Shown piece by piece: positions 34,265 to 42,987 of a stretch of DNA of 64,000 bases. Every line of letters begins with the position of its first letter. The first letter of the stretch is position 1. The notes under the pieces were generated by a model that was given only the letters and a program-made list of their open reading frames with translations, was not told the DNA's origin and did no database searches. Origin of the DNA: Pseudomonadales bacterium (GTDB taxonomy: Bacteria > Pseudomonadota > Gammaproteobacteria > Pseudomonadales > Azotimanducaceae); assembly GCA_040219135.1 (NCBI GenBank), contig JAVJTA010000021.1, forward strand, positions 75,628 through 139,627. The letters are read 5' to 3'. The position numbers and the translations under genes are program-made.

Positions 34265-36727
34265 TCATTTCGCCAGGCGCTGCCAACGCGCACCGACGGC
34301 CGCCGCACGGGCCGCTTCGATCCTGGTCAGCGTGTCCGCCGCCCGCCGGCTGACGGCCAGCTCGTCACCGTAGAGCGCCTCACGGTAGTCCAATGCGCGT
34401 TGCGCCAGCGGCTGAGCTTCATCGAGTCGTCCAAGGGCAAGCAGTGCATCGGCAGCAACGGCGTCGTAGGAGCTGAACGACGTATCGTAGGTACTCTTGA
34501 TGCTGGACCTGAGGTGGCGGGCGCGTTCGATGGCAGCCAGCGCCCCTTCGGGGTCACCCCGGGCAAGGCGCAGTCGAGCACGATACACGTGGGCGTCGGC
34601 GCGCTCGAAGTGATCCTCGGGCAGCAGATCCGCCTCCATGCCGTCCAGCTCGTCGAGTCCTGCCGCGGCGAGGTCGAAATCCCCCGCGTAGATCCGCGCC
34701 GACACCACCATGCGCAGGGAGCGCGCGTGTTCGATCGTGTTCGGGAAGACCTCGCGGGCGACGGCTTCGGCCGTCAGCGCGTGGCGCAGCATGGCGTCGA
34801 TGTCACCGACGTAGCCGGCCGCCCCAGCCCGCGCCCGGTGGAACTGCGGCAGCGGATCGAACCCACCCTCATCGAGCATCTCGATGGCCCGATCCAGGCG
34901 GCCGAGACAGCGCGGTACATTGCCGACCTGGCAATCGAGCAATCCGGCGTTCGCGAGGGTGAAGGCATACTCATACGCGACATCGGGGGTGGCCGCGTCG
35001 GAAAGCGCCTCCAGAACCTCGTTGAGGAGCATGGCGGCGCGCTCCGTCTCACCTTTCTCCCACTGCCAGACCGCGTAGCTGCGTTTGAACAGCGCGTACT
35101 GGACCGGATCCTGCAGATCGGCCGTCGCAAACGTCTCGAGCAGGCGCTCGTATTCGCGTCCCGTCCCGGGTTTCTGTTGCCGGTGCATGGATTGCACGAT
35201 GTGGGCGCCGGCGAGAAACAGCTGATCCGGCGCCTCCAGGGCCTGACTCTCGAGAATCGCGCGGGCACGACGAGCCGTTCGCTCACTGGCTTCCCAGCGG
35301 TCCTGGGCGAAGAAGCTGTGAGCCATCGCCAGCAGGATCCTGGAACTCGCCTCCGGCGACAGGCTGCCGCTGGTGGCGCGCGCTTCGAGGGCCTGCCAGA
35401 GATCATTGATGGTGGCGTCGAGACCCAGCTTGAACGGCTCGACCACGCGCGCGGCCGGCGAGAGCGCTTTCACCGGCGCGATGATCGCTGCCGTCAGGAA
35501 GTCGCCGTACTCCTCCGCACGGTCGCGCTCCTGCCGGGCGATCTGAACCTGAACCAGCAGAGCGCCGACGAGGCCGAGCAGAACCGCAAGCCCGGCGCCG
35601 GAAGCCCCCACACCCAGCGGATGCCGGGCGATGAACTTGCGCAGACGGTAAACGCGGGTTGGCGCCGTCACGGTCACCGGCTCCCGCTTGAGGTAACGCT
35701 GGATGTCCGCGGCCAGCGCTCCGGCGGTCGGGTAGCGCCGATCGGGGTCCTCGTCGATGGCATGAAGCAGAATCCGGTCCAGATCGCCGCGGAGTCGTGC
35801 GGCGCGCTGCACCGGCGCTCTGGCAACCCGCTGACTCGGCGCGGGCGCTCCGTGACCAATTGCCTCGCTGAGCTGAACGGGCGTCAAACCATCGTCGAAC
35901 GGTCGCTGCCCGGCGAGCAGTTCGTAGAGGACGACACCGAGTGAATACACGTCGGAGGCCGTGGTCGAACGCCGACCGCGCAGCTGCTCCGGGCTTGCGT
36001 AGGCGGTGGTCATGGCCGGCGCAGCCGTGGCATCGCCGCGTTCCGCAAAGAGCTGCGCCGCGACCCCGAAGTCGAGCAGCTTCGGCGTCCCGTCCGCCGT
36101 CACGAGGACGTTTCCGGGCTTGAGGTCCCGGTGCACGATGAGCGACTGATGCGCCCGCTGCACGGCGTCGAGCACCCTGAGGAAGAGCTGCAGCGTGGAC
36201 TCTACGGAGAGCTCGTGCTCGGCCACGTAGGCATCCAGCGGGACCCCGTCCACGTACTCCATCACCACATAGGGCACCTGGTCGCCGATGGTGCCGCCGT
36301 CGTAGAGCATGGCGATGTTCGGATGCTTCAGGTCCGCCAGAATCTGCCGTTCGGAGTGGAAGAGCCGGAGCAGGCCACGGTCGAGGAGACTCGCCCGGGC
36401 GATCTTCACCGCCGCCTGCTGTCTGAACTCGCCATCGATGCGGGTCGCCAGAAACACCCGGCCCATCCCTCCGGCACCGAGCTCCCGCTCCAGGCGGTAG
36501 GAACCGACGGTGTCACCCACGGCCGCCTCCGGGCCGTGATAGCGCCACGCCGCGGCGGGCGTGGGGAGCCCGACCTCGGAGCGATCCTGGGACTCGAGGA
36601 GCCGCCTGACCCCATCGACGATGGGTCGAGGCAGAGCAGAGGCTTCCAGCCAGGCAGACGGGTCGGGGGCTTCCAGCGCCCGTTCGAACGCCTCCAGAAT
36701 CTGCTTCTGCTCGGCTCGCCTGTCCAT
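34265..36727 (-). CDS. Hanks-type Ser/Thr protein kinase with TM segment and C-terminal TPR-like repeats
   Basis: 820 aa. Kinase motifs GAGGMGRV, AVK, HRDLKPGNVL, DFG and SPEQ. One TM segment (GVGASGAGLAVLLGLVGALLV). The long helical repeat region resembles TPR repeats. Confidence 0.9.
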   Translation of the reverse strand: MDRRAEQKQILEAFERALEAPDPSAWLEASALPRPIVDGVRRLLESQDRSEVGLPTPAAAWRYHGPEAAVGDTVGSYRLERELGAGGMGRVFLATRIDGEFRQQAAVKIARASLLDRGLLRLFHSERQILADLKHPNIAMLYDGGTIGDQVPYVVMEYVDGVPLDAYVAEHELSVESTLQLFLRVLDAVQRAHQSLIVHRDLKPGNVLVTADGTPKLLDFGVAAQLFAERGDATAAPAMTTAYASPEQLRGRRSTTASDVYSLGVVLYELLAGQRPFDDGLTPVQLSEAIGHGAPAPSQRVARAPVQRAARLRGDLDRILLHAIDEDPDRRYPTAGALAADIQRYLKREPVTVTAPTRVYRLRKFIARHPLGVGASGAGLAVLLGLVGALLVQVQIARQERDRAEEYGDFLTAAIIAPVKALSPAARVVEPFKLGLDATINDLWQALEARATSGSLSPEASSRILLAMAHSFFAQDRWEASERTARRARAILESQALEAPDQLFLAGAHIVQSMHRQQKPGTGREYERLLETFATADLQDPVQYALFKRSYAVWQWEKGETERAAMLLNEVLEALSDAATPDVAYEYAFTLANAGLLDCQVGNVPRCLGRLDRAIEMLDEGGFDPLPQFHRARAGAAGYVGDIDAMLRHALTAEAVAREVFPNTIEHARSLRMVVSARIYAGDFDLAAAGLDELDGMEADLLPEDHFERADAHVYRARLRLARGDPEGALAAIERARHLRSSIKSTYDTSFSSYDAVAADALLALGRLDEAQPLAQRALDYREALYGDELAVSRRAADTLTRIEAARAAAVGARWQRLAK

Positions 36728-36814
36728 CGATTCGAACCCGTGCTTGTCAGGGCGCCAATCGTTCCAGCCGCGCCCAGGGGATCTCCCGGCAGCTGATCAT
36801 GCTCGGCGCGTTCT

Positions 36815-37582
36815 TCATGATTGCACGTTCACCGACAGCCGCCGCCGCAGCGCTCTCCCGCGGTCCAGATCCAGCAGAGCACGCAGGGCCGGCGAAGCCC
36901 GGGCCAGGTAGTCCTCGGAAAACGGTCCCATGGGCGTCATGGGCTTGATGGTGAGCTGAGCGTAGTTGATCAGCAGCGCCACCCTGGGCGAAGCCGTCGC
37001 GTTCACGGCGGTGCGGTGCCAGAGCAGGCCGTGGCTGATCACGGCGTCTCCGGCGTTGCCGGTGGCCTGGATGGCCGATGCCTGGAACCGGGACCCTTGC
37101 GGGCGCCCGACCCAGGCCTGGCTGCCCGGCGCCACCCAGGTGCCGCCGTTGTGCTCGGTGAATGGCTCCAGCATCCAGATCACCTGCATGATCAGCGCCG
37201 GCTCCACCGGCATGCCGGGATCCATGGCCCAGTAGGGGTAGTCCACGTGGAGCCCGCCGAGTTCGCATCCAGGCATGAGAATACGCCCGCCGACGGCCGC
37301 GAGGATGGCGTCCTCGCCGACCAGGCGATGCGCTACGGCGAGCAGCCGCGGGTGCGTGACCAGATCGGCGAAGACATCGTCGAGGGCAAGCAGGTTCGGC
37401 AGGCGCAGCACGCCGTCGTCGTTGTGGTCCGCTTCCGCGGCGTGATCGAGCACGATCCTCCGGGCGACCGCGGCGGGCTCCGGGGCAATCAGCGCTCGCA
37501 ACACCGTGAATCCGTCGCCGCGGGTCAGAGCTTCGCAAGCGGTCACAGCCTCCGCCGTGGACCGGTCGGCCGAGACCTTCAC
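36815..37582 (-). CDS. Phytanoyl-CoA dioxygenase (PhyH) family protein
   Basis: PhyH-like blocks: GGLHVDYPYW, TEHNGGTWVAPGSQ, GDAVISHGLLWHRTAVN. The GTG start at 37582 was chosen because the upstream part of the track ORF looks non-coding. The start is uncertain. Confidence 0.7.
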   Translation of the reverse strand: MKVSADRSTAEAVTACEALTRGDGFTVLRALIAPEPAAVARRIVLDHAAEADHNDDGVLRLPNLLALDDVFADLVTHPRLLAVAHRLVGEDAILAAVGGRILMPGCELGGLHVDYPYWAMDPGMPVEPALIMQVIWMLEPFTEHNGGTWVAPGSQAWVGRPQGSRFQASAIQATGNAGDAVISHGLLWHRTAVNATASPRVALLINYAQLTIKPMTPMGPFSEDYLARASPALRALLDLDRGRALRRRLSVNVQS

Positions 37583-37745
37583 GGCTGAAGCTCGGGCAGC
37601 GGTGAGGCGCGCGGGACCATGGCTTCTCTCCCCAGAGCGAACTGACCAGAGGATAACGGAAAAATTGGGCGTAGAATCGTCCGCTGGGAGGACGACGGAT
37701 GAACGAGGGAACTCGACGGCGCGCCAACCGACCCGGGCGCACACC

Positions 37746-39251
37746 ATGACGACCCGTGCCTCGCGACGCGCTGTACTGCGGTCCATGGCCGGCGCGGCGG
37801 CCGTCGGCGCCTGGCCCGACGTCGCCAGGCCGCAGGCCGGGTCGCGCCCGCTGCCCCTGCACTACGCCACGCTCACCGACGCAGCCGCGCTCATCGAGTC
37901 GAAGCAGCTTTCGCCGGTGGAACTGACCGGCGCAATGCTGGCCAGAATCGAAGCCGTGGACGGTTCCCTGCACAGCTACGTGACGGTCATGGCCGAGGCG
38001 GCCATGGACAGCGCCCGGCAGGCGGAGCGCGAGATTCTGGCCGGCGGCTATCGCGGTCCGCTGCACGGCATGCCGATCGGCGTGAAGGATCTCTGCTACT
38101 CCCGCGGCGTTCGCACCATGGGCGGCACCCGGGTGCTCGCCGGCTTCGTTCCGGAATACGACGCGACCGCCGTCGCCCGCCTGAAAGCGGCCGGAGCCGT
38201 CGTCCTCGGCAAGCTCACCCTGTGCGAGGGCGCCATGGCCCCCTATCACCCCGACCTCGAGGTGCCGGTGAATCCCTGGGACGCGACGCGCTGGAGCGGC
38301 GTGTCGTCGAGCGGCTCGGGCGTGGCCACCGCCGCCGGCCTGTGTTTCGCCTGCATCGGCACGGACACCGGCGGATCGATCCGCTACCCGTCGGCGGTCA
38401 ACGGCTGCGTCGGCCTGAAGCCCACGTACGGTCGGGTGAGCCGTCACGGCGTGCTGGCGCTGGCCGAATCAATGGATCACGTCGGGCCGATGGCGCGCAG
38501 CGTCGAAGACGCCGCGATCCTGTTCGAGGCCATGGCCGGCTTCGACGGCAACGATCCGACGTCGCGCCGCGAGCCCGTCGCGCCGGTGCGCAGCACGCTC
38601 ACGGCGGGCATCAAGGGTCTGCGGATCGGCTTCGATCGCCGCTACGCCAGCGACGGGGTCGAGCCCGGGCTGGTGCAGGCGCTCGATGTCGTGCTCACCG
38701 AACTGACGAAGCTTGGCGCGGAGATCGTCCCGGTGACCCTGCCCGACGTGACGCCGGTGGCGCTGGCCTGGTGGCAGCTCGCCACCGTGGAGGCCGCGGC
38801 TTTTCATGCCGACACGTTCCCCGCCCGTGCCGATGAGTACGGGCCAGGATTCCGCCAGGTGCTCGCGTATGGGTCGAGCGTGAGCGGGGTGACCTACGCC
38901 GATGCCGCGACGTTTCGGGCGCAGTTTTCAGGGCGACTGGACGGCGTGCTCGCGCAGGTCGACTGCCTGGTCTGCCCCTCCCTGTCCAATGCCGCCCGGA
39001 ACAAGCTGGCAGACCCGTTCGGCGCGGGGACCGACGCGAACTGGGCCAGTCTGGTCATCAACGACGCGCACACCAAACCGTTCAACTTCTCCGGCAGCCC
39101 CACGCTCTCGGTTCCCTGCGGGTTCTCCGCCGATGGCCTGCCGTACAGCGTCCAGTTCGTCGGCCAGGCGCTCTCCGAGGCCGTGCTCTGCCGCGTGGGC
39201 CACGCCTACGAGCGGGCGACCCCGTGGCACGATCTTCATCCCCCGATGTAG
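37746..39251 (+). CDS. Amidase signature family protein with Tat-type signal
   Basis: 501 aa from ATG 37746. Twin-arginine signal SRRAVLRSMAGAAAVGA. AS-family motifs GMPIGVKD, SGVSSSGSG and GTDTGGSIRYPSA. Confidence 0.9.
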   Translation: MTTRASRRAVLRSMAGAAAVGAWPDVARPQAGSRPLPLHYATLTDAAALIESKQLSPVELTGAMLARIEAVDGSLHSYVTVMAEAAMDSARQAEREILAGGYRGPLHGMPIGVKDLCYSRGVRTMGGTRVLAGFVPEYDATAVARLKAAGAVVLGKLTLCEGAMAPYHPDLEVPVNPWDATRWSGVSSSGSGVATAAGLCFACIGTDTGGSIRYPSAVNGCVGLKPTYGRVSRHGVLALAESMDHVGPMARSVEDAAILFEAMAGFDGNDPTSRREPVAPVRSTLTAGIKGLRIGFDRRYASDGVEPGLVQALDVVLTELTKLGAEIVPVTLPDVTPVALAWWQLATVEAAAFHADTFPARADEYGPGFRQVLAYGSSVSGVTYADAATFRAQFSGRLDGVLAQVDCLVCPSLSNAARNKLADPFGAGTDANWASLVINDAHTKPFNFSGSPTLSVPCGFSADGLPYSVQFVGQALSEAVLCRVGHAYERATPWHDLHPPM

Positions 39252-39998
39252 GTGGCACCGATGATGGATGCGTCTTCGTTGTGGGTAGTGACCGGCGCGG
39301 CTTCCGGCATCGGCGCCGCGGTCACCCGTGCGGTTCGAAGCGCCGGCGCGCGCGTGCTGGCCCTGGACGTGGACGACTCCGGAGGCAACAAACTCGTCGA
39401 CGAGACCGGCGCGCTGTACCAGCACTGCGATGTCGGCAGACCGGACGACTGGCAGACCGTCGCCCGGACGCTGTCCGGGCTCGGCCCGCCCACCCACGTT
39501 CACCTCAATGCCGGAGTCCAGATCGCGCCGCCGTCGGCGCCGCTGGCGGACTATCAGCTCGAGGCGATGACCCTCGACCGCTATCGCAGAATGATGAGCG
39601 TGAACGTCGATGGGGTCGTCTTCGGCCTGCAGGCCCTGCTGCCGCTGCTGCAACCCGGAGCGGCCGTCGTGGTGACCGCCTCCCTGGCGGGAATCACCCC
39701 CTACGCCATCGATCCGCTCTATGCCATGAGCAAACACGCGGTAGTCGGCCTGGTGCGCAGCCTCGCACCGACCCTGGCGGAGCGCGGCGTGAAGATCAAC
39801 GCCATCTGCCCGGGCGGCATCGACACGGCCATCATTCCTGACGCGCAGCGCACCGAGGACGCGGTCTTCATGTCCGCCGAGCAGGTGGCCTCGGAGGTAA
39901 TCCGTCTGATGGCCGTCGAAGAGACGGGTAAGGCCTGGGCAAAGGTCAGCGAGAGCAAACCGGCGTTCGTGGTGCGCGCGCCGGGGGACAGAGGCTAG
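39252..39998 (+). CDS. SDR family oxidoreductase
   Basis: 248 aa with VTGAASGIG, NAG and YAMSKHAV motifs. It starts one base after the amidase stop. An alternative ATG lies at 39261. Confidence 0.85.
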   Translation: MAPMMDASSLWVVTGAASGIGAAVTRAVRSAGARVLALDVDDSGGNKLVDETGALYQHCDVGRPDDWQTVARTLSGLGPPTHVHLNAGVQIAPPSAPLADYQLEAMTLDRYRRMMSVNVDGVVFGLQALLPLLQPGAAVVVTASLAGITPYAIDPLYAMSKHAVVGLVRSLAPTLAERGVKINAICPGGIDTAIIPDAQRTEDAVFMSAEQVASEVIRLMAVEETGKAWAKVSESKPAFVVRAPGDRG

Positions 39999-40068
39999 TG
40001 GTGCAGAGCCCCAGCGCTGGGCTTCTGCGAGGCGTAGACGTCGACGGTGCAGCCGCTCTGGAGGTGGC

Positions 40069-40551
40069 TTGAACGAGTCAAAGTCGGGCCGACGAACCTG
40101 GCGCTTCTGGCTGCTGGCCGGCATCGGAGCACTCGCATCGTTGCTCCTCGTGTTCGTCGTGACCCTGGCACTGACCCAGGGGGACTGGCGCGAAACGGAA
40201 GGACGCGTTGCGTCCACGGCAATCGTCTCGTCGCGTTCCGGCGGCGGGCCGCCGGCCTGGGACCTGGAAGCGCGCTTCTCCTACGCCGTAGCGGGAACCC
40301 CGCACCTAACGCCTGCGCTGCGCGTGTTCTCCGACCAGGACTATTCCGTGGTCGAGGCCGAGCGCGAGCGCTGGCCGGTCGGCCGCACCCACACCATCTA
40401 CTACGATGCAAACGCCCCCGATTCGGCATCAGGATCCGCCGATGGCGGCGCCGAGGCAATCGCTGTGGTGGTTACGCTGATGTTTCCTATGGTTGCTACC
40501 GCGCTGGCGTTCGCCTGGATTCTGCTCAGGCGCCGTCGGCGAACGCACTGA
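40069..40551 (+). CDS. DUF3592-like membrane protein
   Basis: TTG start 4 nt after GGAGG (40060-40064). 160 aa with an N-terminal TM, a beta-rich middle (GRVASTAIVSS...YSYAVAG...HTIYYD) and a C-terminal TM plus RRRRR tail. Confidence 0.6.
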   Translation: MNESKSGRRTWRFWLLAGIGALASLLLVFVVTLALTQGDWRETEGRVASTAIVSSRSGGGPPAWDLEARFSYAVAGTPHLTPALRVFSDQDYSVVEAERERWPVGRTHTIYYDANAPDSASGSADGGAEAIAVVVTLMFPMVATALAFAWILLRRRRRTH

Positions 40552-40706
40552 GGCGGCGCAGAGCTACCCGACACACAGGCAACGCTTGTACCGGACGCGG
40601 CAGTGCTGCGCAGTTCGGCATCTCGCGAAAAACCGGCTATGCAATCTCTTGTCGATACAAAGAGACGGTGAGTTCGAGCGCCGGTTGCGCGCGTTGCGAC
40701 TCACCT

Positions 40707-42035
40707 TCACTTTTTACATTGCTCGTCCACGAGGCAGAGGATGCGCAGCACGCGGTTTCCGCCCAGGGCGCCTGAATCGTAGCGCAACAGCCGCGCGAAC
40801 ACGCCGTCAGCGTCACCGTCCTGATTGTTGCGCGCCCGCCAGACGATGACCCCTCGGCCTTCTTCATCCAGCGCAATTGACGGCCGCTCCTGGCCGAGCT
40901 GGGTCGTGGTGTTGAAACGGACGGCCGGACCGAGCGCCTGACCGTCCGAATCATAGAACCGGGCAGACACCCCCGACAGGCTGCCATCCGGCGCCTCGAA
41001 AGCGATGGCGAAGGTACCGTTGGCCGTGACCGCGACTTCCGGCGCGCCGCTCGGATTAGCGGTGTTCACCTCGAAGGCATTGCCCAGCGGGGTTCCGGTG
41101 CTGTCGTAGCCGCGCGCGAGAATGCCGATGCTCTGACCCGGGACGCCGGGACCAGAGAAGTTGTCCGCCGCCCAGGCGACGATGAAGTTACCGGAAGCAT
41201 CAGAGCCGATGGCCATGTTGTTCACGACGCCGGAGGCGTGCTCCATCCTGCTGGTGACGTTGACCTGCACGGGCAATCCGATCGCCGTGCCGTTGGCCTG
41301 AAATCGCCGGAAGACGACGTTCTGATTGGCGCCAACGTTGCCCGACGACCATCCGACGACGAAGTTGCCGTCGCCGTCCATGGCCACCTTCGGATAGGTG
41401 TGGTCGATGTCGGCGTTCGTGCTGACGTCGAACTCGCCGCCCTGAGCTCCGCCAACGGCATTGTAGCGTCGACCCCTGATGCCCCGCTTTTCGTTCCCGG
41501 CAGTGTCGTCCTCCCAGACGATCACGAAGTTACCGTCATCGTCCATGGCCACGTCGGCTCGTCGCTGGGCATCGTCGGTGGTGGTGTTGACCAGGAAGTT
41601 GGCGCCCTGTGCAGACCCGTTCGCCGCGTAGCGCCGGGCGAAGATCCCGAAACCACTGCCGTCGTCACCGAAATCCTGCCAGACGACCACGAACCGACCG
41701 TCCGGCGCCATCGCAACGGCCGGCAGGGTGACGTCGGAAAAGGAGGTCGTATTGACCTGGAACTCGTCGCCGATCGGCTGCCCGTCACGGCTGAAACGCC
41801 GCGCCGACACGTTGGCGTTCGTCGTGGGCAGATGGTTCTGGAACACGACGATGAAGTTGCCGTCGCCGTCTACGGCGACATCGGCCTCCCGCTGATTCAT
41901 GCTCGTGGTGGTGTTGACCTGGAACTCGGTGCCGATCGCCTGTGCGTAGGTCAGGCCGGGCGCAAGGAGCGCTCCCACCCAGGCGGCAGCGAGTATCGGC
42001 ATGTTTGCTGCAGGTGTTTTTCGTTTCCTGGTCAT
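40707..42035 (-). CDS. Secreted protein with seven ~55-aa repeats (predicted beta-propeller)
   Basis: ATG with top base at 42035, after GGGGGAAG. Signal MTRKRKTPAANMPILAAAWVGALLAPGLTYAQA. Seven repeats of the form G-x-EFQVNTTT...P-x-VAMD-x-DGNFVVVW...G-IFARRY. Confidence 0.75.
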   Translation of the reverse strand: MTRKRKTPAANMPILAAAWVGALLAPGLTYAQAIGTEFQVNTTTSMNQREADVAVDGDGNFIVVFQNHLPTTNANVSARRFSRDGQPIGDEFQVNTTSFSDVTLPAVAMAPDGRFVVVWQDFGDDGSGFGIFARRYAANGSAQGANFLVNTTTDDAQRRADVAMDDDGNFVIVWEDDTAGNEKRGIRGRRYNAVGGAQGGEFDVSTNADIDHTYPKVAMDGDGNFVVGWSSGNVGANQNVVFRRFQANGTAIGLPVQVNVTSRMEHASGVVNNMAIGSDASGNFIVAWAADNFSGPGVPGQSIGILARGYDSTGTPLGNAFEVNTANPSGAPEVAVTANGTFAIAFEAPDGSLSGVSARFYDSDGQALGPAVRFNTTTQLGQERPSIALDEEGRGVIVWRARNNQDGDADGVFARLLRYDSGALGGNRVLRILCLVDEQCKK

Positions 42036-42072
42036 GGCTTCCCCCGCGATCCCAGCGCTGTGGGCATCGGAT

Positions 42073-42498
42073 TCAAGGTTCGAGCCGTCCGCCGAGGTCC
42101 GTAACCTCCCGGGAAGCAGCGTCGAGGTAGGTCGCGTCGACGTCCATCGTCTCGCCGATGTTGACGACCTGCTCGTCGCCCCGATCCACGATGATTGTGC
42201 TTCCTGAACGGATTCCTGAATGGCTTCCTGAATGGCTTCCTGAATGCCGATTCGGTGTTTCGGGCGTTCGCGCGATGGGTTGAGCTGGCGCCGCAGGCTT
42301 CTCGACCGGCGCGACGCCGGGCTCCGCCCCAGCGGCGTGAGCGGGTTGGATCCAGCCATCGCAGCACGCCGTATGCGCCGACGACGGGCGCGCATCCCAC
42401 TGTCGGACGACGGCACGGAGTTCGCCGACCTGGTAGACAGTCCAGCCTGACGCGCAAAGCGCAAACACGGCGATCAGCAACGCCAATCGACCAGCCAC
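42073..42498 (-). CDS. Membrane-anchored hypothetical protein with Pro/Ala linker and (H/I)(S/R)GS tandem repeat
   Basis: GTG with top base at 42498, after AAGGGTGG. 141 aa with N-terminal TM RLALLIAVFALCASGWTVY and a PAAPAQP-rich linker. Lies between two secreted-protein genes on the same strand. The frame choice is tentative. Confidence 0.45.
   Translation of the reverse strand: MAGRLALLIAVFALCASGWTVYQVGELRAVVRQWDARPSSAHTACCDGWIQPAHAAGAEPGVAPVEKPAAPAQPIARTPETPNRHSGSHSGSHSGIRSGSTIIVDRGDEQVVNIGETMDVDATYLDAASREVTDLGGRLEP
42201..42248. repeat. Four tandem copies of a 12-nt unit TTCCTGAAYGGM
   Basis: ttcctgaacgga / ttcctgaatggc / ttcctgaatggc / ttcctgaatgcc, read directly from the sequence. 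The unit is in phase (12 nt), so all three frames stay open across it. Confidence 0.9.
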
Positions 42499-42508
42499 GG
42501 AGCCACCC

Positions 42509-42859
42509 TTACTGGCGCAGCAGGTCGATTCGCGACGCGAAGCAGTAGCCGTTGTGCTTCTTGGTATCGTCCACGACAACGAGGATCGTCAGCTCGGTCA
42601 AGACCGCGATCTGGGCGATCTCGAAGTTGCGTACCGCAGCATCTCTAGGGGCAAAATCGCCGCTGCAGCTGAACGAAACCCAGGGTCCATTGCAATCCAG
42701 TCCCTCCTCCAGCGGCGTTTTGGTGAGGTGCACCATGCAGCCACCGAAATTGCTGGTATCGGAGAGAACCCGGGTCGCGCTGGTTCGGAAGGCTTTGGTC
42801 GTCGCGTGGGCGCCGGTCGCAAGCAGCACGATGGCGATGAGAGTAAACAGGCGGGCCAT
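42509..42859 (-). CDS. Small secreted four-cysteine protein (116 aa precursor)
   Basis: GGGGGAGA SD. Signal MARLFTLIAIVLLATGAHA. The mature ~97 aa carry 4 Cys. It is the first gene of a three-gene same-strand module. Confidence 0.6.
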   Translation of the reverse strand: MARLFTLIAIVLLATGAHATTKAFRTSATRVLSDTSNFGGCMVHLTKTPLEEGLDCNGPWVSFSCSGDFAPRDAAVRNFEIAQIAVLTELTILVVVDDTKKHNGYCFASRIDLLRQ

Positions 42860-42893
42860 GGTCGATCTCCCCCGGTCTTCGACTCTCTACCAG

Positions 42894-42922
42894 CTTCTAA
42901 ATCAGAGACCCGGACGTGTCAA
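42894..42922 (-). promoter_or_regulatory. Sigma70-like promoter TTGACA-N17-TAGAAG for the three-gene secreted module
   Basis: On the minus strand: TTGACA (complement of 42917-42922), a 17-nt spacer, then TAGAAG (complement of 42894-42899). This is about 35 nt upstream of the ATG at 42859. Confidence 0.45.
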
Positions 42923-42987
42923 GCAGCTTCGCAGCGGTCACGGTGACCTTGCCATCGACGGCGCTCATGGTGCAAAGCAACATAGAG

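Noticed and set aside
42201-42248. Short tandem repeat considered as a CRISPR-like or minisatellite array
   Set aside because: The units are directly adjacent without spacers, only 12 nt long, only four in number, and lie inside a coding region.
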